NCBI GenBank assembly: GCA_963674755.2
Contig: CAXXVS010000002.1
Location: 544,001 to 608,000, forward strand
Reading direction: 5' to 3'
Length of the DNA: 64,000 nucleotides
From: Desulfobacterales bacterium
Lineage (GTDB): Bacteria > Desulfobacterota > Desulfobacteria > Desulfobacterales > UBA5852
Shown: positions 1 through 10,316 of the stretch, piece after piece
How the letters are laid out: the number at the start of each line of letters is the position of its first letter
Position numbering within the stretch: the stretch's first letter is position 1
Made by a program: the position numbers and the translations under genes
The notes under the pieces: model-generated
The model's database searches: none
What the model was told of the DNA's origin: nothing
The model's input: the letters and a program-made list of their open reading frames with translations, nothing else

Positions 1-364
1 TAAGACAAAGGATTAGCGCCTGTTCACAGGTTGCCAGGGTGAAAGCGCGCACGCAGCCTTCATGGTGATCGAGATTGTAGATCTGTTTTTCATGGTCCAT
101 GAAGGGTTCGCAACGCGCCACGCCGTCCAGGAAGATACTGCCCGGGGCTGCTTTGCGTGCGGCCGAAGCGGATACGGACAGCTCGCGGCCAATCTTCACC
201 TTGAGGTTCGGTGCATCCGTACATTGAATAACCGGGCCGCCGGTGGCTTGCTGAATGCGGTAGCGATCAGGGATCTGTCGGGCCAGCCCCAGGGGATCGT
301 GACCCGACATGACCTCGGTGCCGGAAGCGGCATCGGCCGTGGATATAGGTTTGCGGTTTGGCAT
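1..364 (-). CDS. Partial hypothetical protein running off the window start; contains a DHH-like motif
   Basis: Manual translation from ATG at 364 is open to the window edge: MPNRKPIS...GSIFLDGVARCEPFMDHEKQIYNLDHHEGCVRAFTLATCEQALILCL. Absent from the ORF track because no stop is in the window. Confidence 0.65.
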   Translation of the reverse strand, partial: MPNRKPISTADAASGTEVMSGHDPLGLARQIPDRYRIQQATGGPVIQCTDAPNLKVKIGRELSVSASAARKAAPGSIFLDGVARCEPFMDHEKQIYNLDHHEGCVRAFTLATCEQALILCL

Positions 365-415
365 AATGGTGGTGCGCCGTTTTGGAAAACGCGCTCTTGA
401 ACATTAGCAGGTGGC

Positions 416-432
416 TGGTTGACGGTCAACCA
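416..432. promoter_or_regulatory. Perfect 17-bp palindrome, candidate operator
   Basis: TGGTTGAC-G-GTCAACCA in a divergent intergenic region; a 1-nt centre cannot form an RNA hairpin loop. Confidence 0.4.
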
Positions 433-896
433 CAAGCCTCCGGTCAGCTTTCGAACCGCCTCCGCGTCGAAAAGCAGGTGCTGCCTTTAGATGAGGACGG
501 ATGCAACAAGGGGCGTGTGCTCCAAAATGAAAGACGGTTGCCACAGGCATGATTTGTCGCTATGGTACGACCGAAATCGTTTTGCCCGGGTGCCACGCCG
601 CTGCATTTCACACCCCCGCTGCCGCCATGACCCAAGGGCCGGCCTTCCGATTCGCTCGCGACTCGCCATGCTTTTCGTCTATACGAAGCGCTATCGTGTT
701 GCAGGATGCTATTCGGTCTGATAGGATCCTTCCTCGTTAGGCTGTGCTGAAGGGTCCGCTACGAAGAGGCGGTCTGTGGACGGCACCATTGGGAAGGCGC
801 AACCACGCCGCTAGGTAGACCATCTTCGGGCAGTTCAATTGTGGACCTTAATCATCGGACGCCTCTGGTGAACGAGTACAAGGAGAATGTGAATCA

Positions 897-1877
897 ATGA
901 AGACAACGAGGTATACCAGTATTTATTTTATTATTTTCAGCCTGTTGCTCATCCCGTTAACAGGGTGGGCCGCAGACCAGTCAACGCCGGCCGATGCGGC
1001 TGCGGTCGTCAACGGATCGGTCATTACTCAGCAGGCCCTCACGTTTGAAACCCAGCGCTTTATGGAACAAATGGCCCGCCAGGGGCAGGTGCCCAATGAA
1101 GCGATGATGCCCCAGATGCGCGAGAATGTGTTAAACCGGATGATCGAGGAAGAGCTCCTCTACCAGGACAGCCAGGCCAATGCCATCCAGGTGCCTGAAG
1201 ATCGCCTGAAAAAGGAATTGGCTTCCATCAAGGAGCGGTTTCCCAGTGAAAAGGAATATCACGACGCTTTGGCCGGCGTCGGCATGAGCGAGGATGCGCT
1301 GGCACAAAAGATCACGCGCGGCGTGGCCATTGAGGAATTGATCAAGACCCGCGTCATTCAGGACGTCACGGTAAGTGCCGAGGAGAGCCGCAGCTTTTAC
1401 GACAAGAATGCCAGCATGTTTGAAAAGCCGGAGCAGGTCAAAGCCAGCCATATCCTGATCAAGATAGCGGAAGATGCAACGGACGAACAGAAGATGGCGG
1501 CTCGTAAGAAGATCGATGATATCCGCAAGAAGGCGGTTGCAGGAGAGGATTTCGCAACCTTGGCCAAGGAATATTCCGAAGGGCCGAGCAATGCCCGGGG
1601 AGGCGATTTGGGCTATTTCAGCCGCGGGCAGATGGTAAAACCGTTTGAGGACGTGGCCTTTTCTCTAAAAAAGGGGGAGATCAGCGACGTGGTCGAAACC
1701 CAGTTCGGCTATCATATTATCATGATGACCGATCAACGGCCCGCCACGGTGGTGGACTATGAAACCGCCAAGGCGCAGATCGAAGAGCGGTTGAAGCAGG
1801 AAAAAAGCCTGCGCCAGATCCGGCAGTATATTGAAACACTGCGCGAGAAAGCCGATATCCAGACGACCCAATCGTGA
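897..1877 (+). CDS. PpiC/parvulin-type peptidyl-prolyl isomerase with SurA-like N-terminal domain
   Basis: Signal peptide; AVVNGSVIT; VKASHILIK; FATLAKEYSEGPSNARGGDLGYFSRGQMVKPFE; VETQFGYHII. AGGAG upstream. Confidence 0.93.
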   Translation: MKTTRYTSIYFIIFSLLLIPLTGWAADQSTPADAAAVVNGSVITQQALTFETQRFMEQMARQGQVPNEAMMPQMRENVLNRMIEEELLYQDSQANAIQVPEDRLKKELASIKERFPSEKEYHDALAGVGMSEDALAQKITRGVAIEELIKTRVIQDVTVSAEESRSFYDKNASMFEKPEQVKASHILIKIAEDATDEQKMAARKKIDDIRKKAVAGEDFATLAKEYSEGPSNARGGDLGYFSRGQMVKPFEDVAFSLKKGEISDVVETQFGYHIIMMTDQRPATVVDYETAKAQIEERLKQEKSLRQIRQYIETLREKADIQTTQS

Positions 1878-1884
1878 ATGCCGC

Positions 1885-1915
1885 GCCAGCGGTCCTTTTT
1901 AACGGGGCCGCTGGC
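1885..1915. terminator. GC-rich hairpin between convergent genes
   Basis: GCCAGCGGTCC...GGGCCGCTGGC inverted repeat just after the PPIase stop; no clear U-tract. Confidence 0.45.
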
Positions 1916-2008
1916 CGGAACCCCTCCTGGGTCGATATCCTTCAGCAGATCAAGCGGTTCATCCGATCGGTTACCCGAGGGCGGCGGCCTGCAGGCCATC
2001 TCGCCCCG

Positions 2009-2173
2009 CTATACCGCAAGGTAATTCCAGAAGCAGACCGCCACTAATCCAAGTAGCAGCTGAATGCCGATGAAGGCTTGCAGGATGGGCTTGGAAGAGG
2101 TTTTTCTGCGCCGGGCTACGAGTTGGATGCGGGCCGGATTCTGGTCATAAGCAGTAGCGATTCTTGGATACAT
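2009..2173 (-). CDS. 54-aa microprotein with a single C-terminal transmembrane helix
   Basis: AGGAGGG SD before ATG; MYPRIATAY...RRRKTSSKPILQAFIGIQLLLGLVAVCFWNYLAV; sigma54-like promoter upstream. Confidence 0.55.
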   Translation of the reverse strand: MYPRIATAYDQNPARIQLVARRRKTSSKPILQAFIGIQLLLGLVAVCFWNYLAV

Positions 2174-2257
2174 ATCTTTTCCCTCCTGTTCAGGTTCCAA
2201 TGGCGTGTAACAAACCCCGTCAGGGATATTTTCTATGGATAAGCTGCTTTTTGCTTA

Positions 2258-2273
2258 CACAAGTTTTGTGCCA
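2258..2273 (-). promoter_or_regulatory. Sigma54 (-24/-12) promoter with variant -12
   Basis: Minus strand TGGCAC-AAAAC-TTGTG versus consensus TGGCAC-N5-TTGCW. Confidence 0.55.
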
Positions 2274-2383
2274 GAAGCCGCCATGTTTGTGAGAAAGTTG
2301 CTAAGCGTCATGAATTGTTTGTAATTTTTCTTCTATCGGGGGTAAAAAAAGGAGAGTTGCAGAAATCGCGTGGGGTTGTCGAT

Positions 2384-2488
2384 ACGACATAAATGACGCA
2401 TCTACATCGCTGCAGGCTATAACATATTAAAATATAACATAATTTTAAAAAGCGACAACAATGGCGTAGTAAGTGCCAAGTGTGGCGT
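2384..2488. promoter_or_regulatory. Three candidate enhancer (UAS) sites around an AT-rich tract
   Basis: ACGACA-N4-TGACGC (2384-2399), GCGACA-N4-TGGCGT (2452-2467) and GTGCCA-N4-TGGCGT (2473-2488). Confidence 0.55.
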
Positions 2489-2490
2489 TA

Positions 2491-4701
2491 TTATTGGATG
2501 CCGTAGGATTTCATTTTTCGTTGCAAGGTTCGCAGGCCGATACCTAATGTTCGGGCCGTGTGGGTGCGATTCCAGCGGCAGCGGGCCAGGCTGTCCGTAA
2601 TCAGTTGCTTTTCGAACTGGGCGGTGGCCTCCGGAAGCGTGGCGTCATCAAGTTGGGGCGAGGGATTCGTCAAGGCCGGGGGAGGCAGCGGATCGGATGC
2701 ATTCCGGATTTCGCCGGTCAGGTCGAGGCGTTTCAAGGTGACGAAGCGGTACAGCACATTTTGCAGTTCGCGCACATTTCCCGGCCAATCATGGGACAGC
2801 AGGGTTTCCATCACCTGATCGCCGAGCTGGGGCCGCATCTTGCTGTCATAGGCCTTGAGAAAATGTTCGATCAGCAGCGGGATGTCTTCCTTGCGCTTGC
2901 GCAAGGGGGGCAGGTGAATCGGAATGACGTGCACCCGGTAGAAAAAATCGCTGCGCATCATGCCTTGCTGAACCAGTTCCGTCAGGTTGCGGCTGGTGGC
3001 GGCAATGACGCGGAAATTCGGCTTGCGGACCTCGTTGCTGCCAACGGGCGAATAGCCGCCACCCTCGATGGCGCGCAGCAGCTTGACTTGCAGGTCGGGC
3101 TTGATTTCACCAATTTCATCCAGGAATAAACTGCCGCCGTCGGCCTCGTCGAGGTAGCCGGGCTTATCGGCCGCAGCCCCGGTGAACGCTCCTTTGCGGT
3201 GACCGAAAAATTCCCTTTCCAGGAGGGTCTCCGGAATGGCCCCGCAGTTGACCGGCACGAAGCGGCCGTTGCGGCGGTCGCTCATGTTGTGGATGGCGCT
3301 GGCGGCCAGTTCCTTGCCGGTGCCCGACTCCCCGTACAAAATGATGTTGGCGTCCGAAGCGGCGGCCATGAGCATCAACTCGTAGATTTCCTGCATGGCC
3401 GGGCTCGCTCCGACCATATCCCCGAACTTGTTGCGCTGCTGAATAGTGGTGCGCAGCCGCAGATTTTCGCGGCGCAGATGGGCCTCGCTGTCCCGCAGGG
3501 TTTCCTCCATGCGCTTGCGCTGGTCGATGTCCGAAATCATGGACTGGCAATAGATACTGCCGTCGGCCATGCGGATAGGGACATTGACGCTGTAATACCA
3601 TTTCTTGTCGTTGGGGTTTTTCATTTCGAAGCGGACGCTCTGCCCCTCGAAAACCTGGTCGCTGACACACCACAGACATTTCGACTGGCGATGGTGAAAG
3701 GCCTCGTAGCAGATTTCGCCGGTGGCATTGCGGCCTACGAAGCGCACCATATTTTCGTTCATGAACTTGATGCGGTAATCCTTGGAGATGAAATAGAGAA
3801 GACCCTCATAGCCTTCCAGCATAGCGCTATATAGGGCTTCACGCTCACGCAAATGCTTCTCGGTCTCTTTGAGGTAGGTGATATCGATCAGAGAAGCAAT
3901 GGTGCGCCCGGGCTCCGGCAGCATGCCGACTTTGATGAAAATGTCTTTGAGGGTGCCATGGCGGTCCATGATCTGGCATTCGTATTCCACCGGCACCCGC
4001 GGCTCACCGTCGCGGCGCGCGTAGTGGTAATGCTTCACCCGCTCACGGTCGTTGTCCGCAATGAAATCGATCCATTGCATGCGACCTTCGATGGCGCTGC
4101 GCTCGTAGCCGGTCAGGTCTTCAAATTTCGGATTGGCCATGGAAATGGTAAAGTCATGATCAACGATGATGGAAGGGGACCCTGAATGGTTGAAAATGCG
4201 GCGGTATTTCTTTTCGGCCTGGACCAGCTCCGCGGTGCGTTCCTGCACCAGCGTCTCCAGATTCTCATGGTAGCGGCGGAGTTCGGCCTCGGTCTCCTTT
4301 TGATCGCTGACATTGCGGACGATGGCCAGGGCTTCGTCCTCGCTGCAGACGATCATACGTGATTCGTAAAAGCGCCGCTTACCGGCGAAATTCAGGCTGT
4401 AGTCCAGGTATTGCACCTGGCGGGTTTGAAAGGCTTGGGCGATTTTCGCGAGAAACAGGTCGGCGGTGTCGGCCGGGAGGACATCCCGGAGGTGTTTACC
4501 AAGGTAGGCGTCGGCCGGCCAGTAGAGCTCGGCGGTGGCACCCTCGAAACTCTGGAAGATGCCCTTCCGGCTGATGCGGATGATCATGTCCGGAATGGCG
4601 TCGACGATGGCTTGATAAATACGGTGGTTTACTTCACTTGCGAACGGTTTTGTCGGATCGGGGTTCCCAGCGGTATGGCCGGTTTGGGATGGAGCGCCCA
4701 T
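2491..4701 (-). CDS. Multi-PAS sigma54-dependent transcriptional activator (Fis-type HTH)
   Basis: Three PAS-like repeats; GESGTGKE Walker [26 protein letters not shown]-terminal HTH. Confidence 0.95.
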   Translation of the reverse strand: MGAPSQTGHTAGNPDPTKPFASEVNHRIYQAIVDAIPDMIIRISRKGIFQSFEGATAELYWPADAYLGKHLRDVLPADTADLFLAKIAQAFQTRQVQYLDYSLNFAGKRRFYESRMIVCSEDEALAIVRNVSDQKETEAELRRYHENLETLVQERTAELVQAEKKYRRIFNHSGSPSIIVDHDFTISMANPKFEDLTGYERSAIEGRMQWIDFIADNDRERVKHYHYARRDGEPRVPVEYECQIMDRHGTLKDIFIKVGMLPEPGRTIASLIDITYLKETEKHLREREALYSAMLEGYEGLLYFISKDYRIKFMNENMVRFVGRNATGEICYEAFHHRQSKCLWCVSDQVFEGQSVRFEMKNPNDKKWYYSVNVPIRMADGSIYCQSMISDIDQRKRMEETLRDSEAHLRRENLRLRTTIQQRNKFGDMVGASPAMQEIYELMLMAAASDANIILYGESGTGKELAASAIHNMSDRRNGRFVPVNCGAIPETLLEREFFGHRKGAFTGAAADKPGYLDEADGGSLFLDEIGEIKPDLQVKLLRAIEGGGYSPVGSNEVRKPNFRVIAATSRNLTELVQQGMMRSDFFYRVHVIPIHLPPLRKRKEDIPLLIEHFLKAYDSKMRPQLGDQVMETLLSHDWPGNVRELQNVLYRFVTLKRLDLTGEIRNASDPLPPPALTNPSPQLDDATLPEATAQFEKQLITDSLARCRWNRTHTARTLGIGLRTLQRKMKSYGIQ

Positions 4702-5066
4702 TTTCGATTACTCCCGGAGGACCAATGCCCGGTGTGATGAGACTGTCCCCATTATTGGCGACTAAGCTTCAGAACACGAAAAAATTAATTTTTAGCACAT
4801 ATCGTTGGCTGGTGTCCATATGGGCCGGTGGTGGGCAGTGGGTTGATGGTATCACGGAGCGTGTTTCCCGTCGCAGGCCTCGAACAGCTAACGATCGCCT
4901 TGGCGCAAACGAGCAAAGCTGTGCCAGCCGGTGTACTGGGGCCGAAGTTTTCAATATAAACACCGGGAACGTTGTTATCCCAATAGAGGTTGTCATACGG
5001 CAGCTCGGCGGCTTCCTGTTGGATGATAAGGTACTGAATTCGTATCAGGATACGGCAGAGGGAATG

Positions 5067-5654
5067 TTAATCGGGTTTTTTATGGCCAGCGGCGTTTTTT
5101 CCCGGGAGGGGTGGAATGTTACGCCAGATCCGGTCCAGAAACTGATCGCGGCCGGAGTGGGTCCGATAGGATCGGTAACGCCCCGGGTTTTTTTGATAAA
5201 ACCGGTGGTGGTAGGCCTCCGCTGGATAAAACTCCGTGAGAGGCTCAATAGCGGTGACCACCGGCTTGGTGAAGCGTCCCGCTTGGTTCAGGGCGGCCAA
5301 TGACTGTTCCGCCAGGTGTTTCTGGTGATCGTCATGATAGAAGATGACCGTGCGGTATTGAGTGCCCCGATCGACGAATTGCCCGCCCGGGTCGATGGGG
5401 TCGATCATCCGCCAAAAGCGATCCAGCAGTGTCTCATAACGGATCCGGTGCGGATCGAAAAAGACCTGCACGGCTTCGGTGTGACCGGTTCGGCCGGAGC
5501 AGACATCCTGATAGGTGGGATGAGCCTGGGGGCCGCCGGTGTAGCCGGGGATGACGGCCAGCACGCCGGGCATGTTATCAAAATCGGATTCCGTGCACCA
5601 GAAGCATCCGCCGGCAAAGGTTGCGGCCTGGGCATGTTCGGGCAACTCTTGCAA
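5067..5654 (-). CDS. msrA: Peptide-methionine (S)-S-oxide reductase MsrA
   Basis: FAGGCFWC, GHTEAVQV, GQFVDRGTQYR, FYPAEAYH. Likely TTG start after GGGAGG. Confidence 0.93.
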   Translation of the reverse strand: MQELPEHAQAATFAGGCFWCTESDFDNMPGVLAVIPGYTGGPQAHPTYQDVCSGRTGHTEAVQVFFDPHRIRYETLLDRFWRMIDPIDPGGQFVDRGTQYRTVIFYHDDHQKHLAEQSLAALNQAGRFTKPVVTAIEPLTEFYPAEAYHHRFYQKNPGRYRSYRTHSGRDQFLDRIWRNIPPLPGKNAAGHKKPD

Positions 5655-5823
5655 TTTAAAGACCTCCCGATGTGGCATCGAGGCGCAGAGAACAACCACC
5701 ATCCGGTGGGGCTGCGTCGTGTTTTTTATTCAAGGTAATTTCATTCGGGACCATGGGCAAGGCCTTAATCCTGAAGAGCGGTTTAACAGTGGAGGGATCG
5801 GTTTGCCGGCGGAGGTTTGTGCC

Positions 5824-8800
5824 CTAGTTGCTGAATGGAATTTCACGACGGGTGCCGGCCATGAGGGACAGGCCGTCGAATACCGCCACCGTATCGGCCG
5901 CAGCCCACATGCCGACCCGGCCGGCAATGGGCCGGTCGGCGATGTAGGCCATCAAGGGGGTTCCGTTAATATGAAGATGGGCGGAGAGTCCTGAGATTCG
6001 CAGCGAAATATCATACCAGCGGTCGGTAAGGACGGGATAGCGTTTGCGCAGTCGCTTGAACCGTCGGCCATGGACGACTTCATAGAGAACGATTCGCTTT
6101 TGGTGGGCGTCCAAGCCGACCATGAAGTGGTGGCCGGCATCGCGGAAGCCGACCACCACGCCGCCGGCGCAGGCCGAACACCCTGTCAGGAGATTAAGGG
6201 CCAGTTCGATCTGGCCATCTTGGATACGGCCTGTATCAGCGATGGCCAAGGCAAAGAAATGATTCCGGTAGAGCTGTTTGAGAAAAGCCCGGTCGTCACC
6301 TTTAAGGATGCCGGCGCATTGCTTCAAAGGGGGGTGAGGGATATTACCGACGGCCGCGCCGTCCTGAACCACCACCGAACGGCCGTTCAACGTGGCTTGA
6401 CGCCAGTGGCCGGACAACGGCGTCAGGGCGGAAGGGAACTCCGCGGCTGAAACGGGTTGGCGCGCATCGGATGCCAGGAAAGTGTTGCGCAAAACCTCGA
6501 CGACCCATGGGCCCAGCAGGGCCTGATCGTTTTCCCGGCTGAACACCATCAGCCGTCCGATGCGGGCCAGGATTTCGCTTCCCCGGCTTAATTCCAGTGC
6601 CGCAACAGATGCATCGAGCAGGGCGCCGTTGAGGCGCAACGTAAATCCCAGCTCTTCGAGAACACCAGCCAGAAGACGGGTGCGCAGGCAGCGTTTATAA
6701 TAGGGATCGGTGCCCCCAAGGATACGCAATCGGATGCGGATAGTCTCTTGGCGCGGATCATGAATGGCTTCCACCAGCGCCTGTTGAGTCCCCAGGGGTA
6801 TGGCCGCCCAGAAGGACTGGGCGCCCAGGAGAGCAAAACCCTCCAGCGCAAGCGGCCGGTTATGATGGTTGGCCCCCTGGCCCGTTGACAACCCCGACCA
6901 TAGATCATGCAGCAGGCCTTCACCGCCCGCATGAACGGGACCGGTCTGGGATGCCGGATCAGATTCTTGAGACACCATGGCCGGTTGAACCATAAAATCC
7001 ACAGCGGCATTGTCACCGCTCCAGCGGAGAGTCCGGAGGGGGTTTCGAATTTTCGTTGCCCTCTTGTGAAGGGTTTCCAAAGCATAACAATGCACGCGTC
7101 CGATGAGGTCATAAAGGGTGGCAGGTCCGGATGCGGCGGCATCCTGTTCATTCGGTAACGGCGGCTGATGATGCGTGATTCGGCTGGACAACGCTCGCAA
7201 CCGCCGGCGGTCAGGCGTTTCGAAGGGGTCGGCGACAGCAGGCAGGGGGCCGCCATCTGTCCTGCGGATGCGCCCCTCATAGACGGTCACCTGGTCGGCA
7301 TGCAGGGTAACCCACTGTCCCGGGATCCATTGGTCCGCAGGACGACCCGTATCCACGATCATCGGTACGCCAAATTCCCGTGCCACCGAAGCCAGATGAC
7401 TGGCGGCGCTTCCCTTGGTAGCGATCACACCCCTGACAAGGCCTACGATGGGGGTGTATTCCGGGGCGGCTCTGGGGATGACGAGGATGCTGTCGGCGGG
7501 TATTTTTTCCTCAGGAAGCGCCTGGTCGGCTCTGTAGATGCGTCCGCAGACAATACCGCTGCAAGCCTTGCGGCCGCCTTTGTGAATAACGGACAGACGA
7601 TTCAGGGGGATGCCGGTTTCGGTTTCGGACGGCCCGTCAAGCCCCAGGGGACGCGATTGAAGGATATAGAGATGTTGCCGGATATCGAGGGCCCATTCGA
7701 TATCCTGGGGGGCACCGAAATGCTTCTCCAGCCGTGCACCCCAGTCCGCCAAGCAGCGTGTTGTGGCCTCATCGATCGGGGGGAGGTCCCTTCTTTCGGC
7801 CGGCATGGGCTCCAGGCGTGTACTGCCTTCCGGTAGGGGCTGCATCCAATGGGACTGCGCCGCCCTCTGACGGGTAGTGATATGGCCGGTTCGACGGCAG
7901 ACCGTATGGGTATGGGGCGTGGCCGCCCCGCTCATCAGATATTCTCCCAGCCCATGAATGGCACTGATCTGCAGATCGGTTTGCTCCGGCCGGGATGGAT
8001 TGCGGGTATAAACGACACCGCTGGCCCGGGAGGGGATCATGGCCATGACCAAAACGGCCATTGGTGTGGTGCGATCATCAAGACCGTAGCGCATGCGGTA
8101 CAGGGTAGCTCCGGGGCTGTATTTGCTTGCCAGGACTTCCTTGTAAGCCGCCAAGAGGGCGTTGGGGGGTACATTCAATTGGGTGGTGAATTGCCCCGCG
8201 AAAGATATTTCGGTGTCCTCCCCAATAGCCGTGCTGCGAACGGCCGTGAAGAGGGGGGTATCCGTGGCACGCTGCCACCGCGATAATTGCGCCTCGATAG
8301 CCATCTCGATATCGTCAGGAATCGAGGCCTGGAGAATCAGTCGACGAACGGCCTGGCAACGTTCCTCGATCAGGCCGTAATCTTCCATGGGAAGATCACG
8401 CAGATAGGCTTCGATGACACCGGGCAGGTCGTTAGCTTCCATGAAGTGATCGAAGGCCCGGGCCGTCAAAACGAACCCCTGGGGCACAGGAAGCCCGATT
8501 TCACTGCCAATGATAGCTAAATTGGCCGCTTTGTGCCCCACCAAGGGTATCATATCCGCCCGGACATCCCCCAGCGGAACCAGCATGGGGAGCGCGGGTA
8601 TGCTCAGCGCCGGTTCCAAGAGCGGCGTGGTTTGCCGGTCAAAGTGCTGGAGGGCCTTGAGCAGGTCCCCGCAACGCTGGTCGCCCAAATCGCCCAGGGC
8701 CACGATCATTTTCTGGACGACCCGTTGCAAACGATCGTAAAGGCGTTTGACGGCGTCCATCTCGATCGCTTCGCTGATGTGCTCGATCCGTTCGAATTCG

Positions 8801-8937
8801 GCCAGCAGTTCCATGGCCTCTTCATAGGGATCGAGAAGGCTTTGATAATGGACGCTAGCCTCCGATATGGAGGGCCGGTCAGGAGGGGCGGCGGCTCGAA
8901 GCGGACGTTGTGGCAAAGACAGATGTGAAAGTTCCAT
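5824..8937 (-). CDS. PEP/pyruvate-binding (PEP synthase/PPDK-like) protein with swivel His domain and C-terminal beta-rich domain
   Basis: GHKAANL, AVRSTAIGED, SFAGQF, QDIEWA, LQSRPL (nucleotide-binding domain); SHLASVAREFGVP (phospho-His domain). Confidence 0.85.
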   Translation of the reverse strand: MELSHLSLPQRPLRAAAPPDRPSISEASVHYQSLLDPYEEAMELLAEFERIEHISEAIEMDAVKRLYDRLQRVVQKMIVALGDLGDQRCGDLLKALQHFDRQTTPLLEPALSIPALPMLVPLGDVRADMIPLVGHKAANLAIIGSEIGLPVPQGFVLTARAFDHFMEANDLPGVIEAYLRDLPMEDYGLIEERCQAVRRLILQASIPDDIEMAIEAQLSRWQRATDTPLFTAVRSTAIGEDTEISFAGQFTTQLNVPPNALLAAYKEVLASKYSPGATLYRMRYGLDDRTTPMAVLVMAMIPSRASGVVYTRNPSRPEQTDLQISAIHGLGEYLMSGAATPHTHTVCRRTGHITTRQRAAQSHWMQPLPEGSTRLEPMPAERRDLPPIDEATTRCLADWGARLEKHFGAPQDIEWALDIRQHLYILQSRPLGLDGPSETETGIPLNRLSVIHKGGRKACSGIVCGRIYRADQALPEEKIPADSILVIPRAAPEYTPIVGLVRGVIATKGSAASHLASVAREFGVPMIVDTGRPADQWIPGQWVTLHADQVTVYEGRIRRTDGGPLPAVADPFETPDRRRLRALSSRITHHQPPLPNEQDAAASGPATLYDLIGRVHCYALETLHKRATKIRNPLRTLRWSGDNAAVDFMVQPAMVSQESDPASQTGPVHAGGEGLLHDLWSGLSTGQGANHHNRPLALEGFALLGAQSFWAAIPLGTQQALVEAIHDPRQETIRIRLRILGGTDPYYKRCLRTRLLAGVLEELGFTLRLNGALLDASVAALELSRGSEILARIGRLMVFSRENDQALLGPWVVEVLRNTFLASDARQPVSAAEFPSALTPLSGHWRQATLNGRSVVVQDGAAVGNIPHPPLKQCAGILKGDDRAFLKQLYRNHFFALAIADTGRIQDGQIELALNLLTGCSACAGGVVVGFRDAGHHFMVGLDAHQKRIVLYEVVHGRRFKRLRKRYPVLTDRWYDISLRISGLSAHLHINGTPLMAYIADRPIAGRVGMWAAADTVAVFDGLSLMAGTRREIPFSN

Positions 8938-9155
8938 CGGCGTAATCTTCTATGGGGACGCGCCCAGCCAACGCGATGAAACTGCAGGCGGGCCTGTCGC
9001 TGGTGTCCATCTTATTCCTTTTTCTGGGGCGACAGACATTTTGTCAACGCCTTTCTTCAGCAAATCGTTAAAACCGGCGGGTTGCCGCCGGGGCGGCAAT
9101 CGCTTATGATAGCAATCAGGGTTTGCAACTAAATCGGCTGACATAGGACGCGTAT

Positions 9156-9638
9156 ATGATCGAAAAAGCATTACGGGAGGTCGTTGTCCCCGCGGAAGAA
9201 GCAACGTTCTGGATGGATTGCTGGGGGAACTGGTGCAACCGGCACGGCCGTTTGGAACACCGCAAAATCATCGCTTATTTCAATGCCGCCATCGCGCGGG
9301 ACGAGCAGGGATATTTCGTTTCCCAGATCAATGGTGACGTGCGTGAAAAAGTGTACTTCCGCTATGAAGAAACGGCTCTTTTCGTATTCGACGTGCGGCC
9401 GGGAGAGGTGCTGACACTGGTTCTCAACACCGGTCGTGAGGTCAGGCTGGAACCCGGAATGCTCTTTATCCGCAACGACCACCTTTACGCCCGTAAGGGT
9501 GACGAGTTGATCAAATTCAATGAAATCAGTATGCTGAAAATCAGTCGCTTTTTTGACTATGCGGAAGACCACTGTTTTCTCAACTATAAGGGACAGCGAA
9601 CGGCCATTCCCGTGATGCCTGACCGACCGTCAACCTGA
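9156..9638 (+). CDS. Conserved hypothetical protein (DUF1285-like)
   Basis: 160-aa ORF with FWMDCWGNWCNRHG...EKVYFRYEETALFVFDV pattern. Confidence 0.6.
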   Translation: MIEKALREVVVPAEEATFWMDCWGNWCNRHGRLEHRKIIAYFNAAIARDEQGYFVSQINGDVREKVYFRYEETALFVFDVRPGEVLTLVLNTGREVRLEPGMLFIRNDHLYARKGDELIKFNEISMLKISRFFDYAEDHCFLNYKGQRTAIPVMPDRPST

Positions 9639-9712
9639 GATCCAACCGGCGGCCGCCCCCATGGTTGGGAAGGGCATCATTATCGGCCTGGCCATTCGGA
9701 GAGGAGGGGAAG

Positions 9713-10081
9713 ATGAAATGGTTTATCGTCCTGATCAGTATCATTTGGATTGCATCGGGTGGTTTTTTGATCCTTTACACAGACCGCTGCCGTGATATGC
9801 TGGCTAAGGCCTTCGAACGGATGGGTCGCCTACCGCTAGCGGCCACGGCCGCCCTTCTTGGCCTTTTATTGCTGCTCTCGGCCCGCAGCACCGTGAATTC
9901 CGGTGTCGTGGTCGTGCTTGGACTGCTGGCGCTTGCCAAAGGGGGTGTCTTTCTCTGGAACCCGGGCCATTTTTTCGACAAGACGCGGCAATGGTGGCTG
10001 GAACGGGCCACCGACCAGACCTACCGCCTGACCGGTATCATTATTCTTGTTCTCGGAACGGCCCTGATTTCCTGGATTTGA
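9713..10081 (+). CDS. Small integral membrane protein (about 4 TM helices)
   Basis: GAGGAGG SD; four hydrophobic segments. Confidence 0.7.
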   Translation: MKWFIVLISIIWIASGGFLILYTDRCRDMLAKAFERMGRLPLAATAALLGLLLLLSARSTVNSGVVVVLGLLALAKGGVFLWNPGHFFDKTRQWWLERATDQTYRLTGIIILVLGTALISWI

Positions 10082-10316
10082 AGGTTGCCCCAGGTGGCCC
10101 ACGCTTTCCGATATGGCCGTGCCGTCTTGAAGCGCCGACCGGCTGGTGGTCTCATGTTGTTTAACGATGCACGCTTTTACAGAGCGGCGTTGGCCGGCAA
10201 CAAGCACGGTTTGGATTGGAGACGGCCAATGAGCGGCTGTCCGTTAGGGACGCTTTATCAGGCGGAAATCCCGCCCCACCTGGCTGACGTAATGGTCGAT
10301 ACCGATAGGACGGAAG

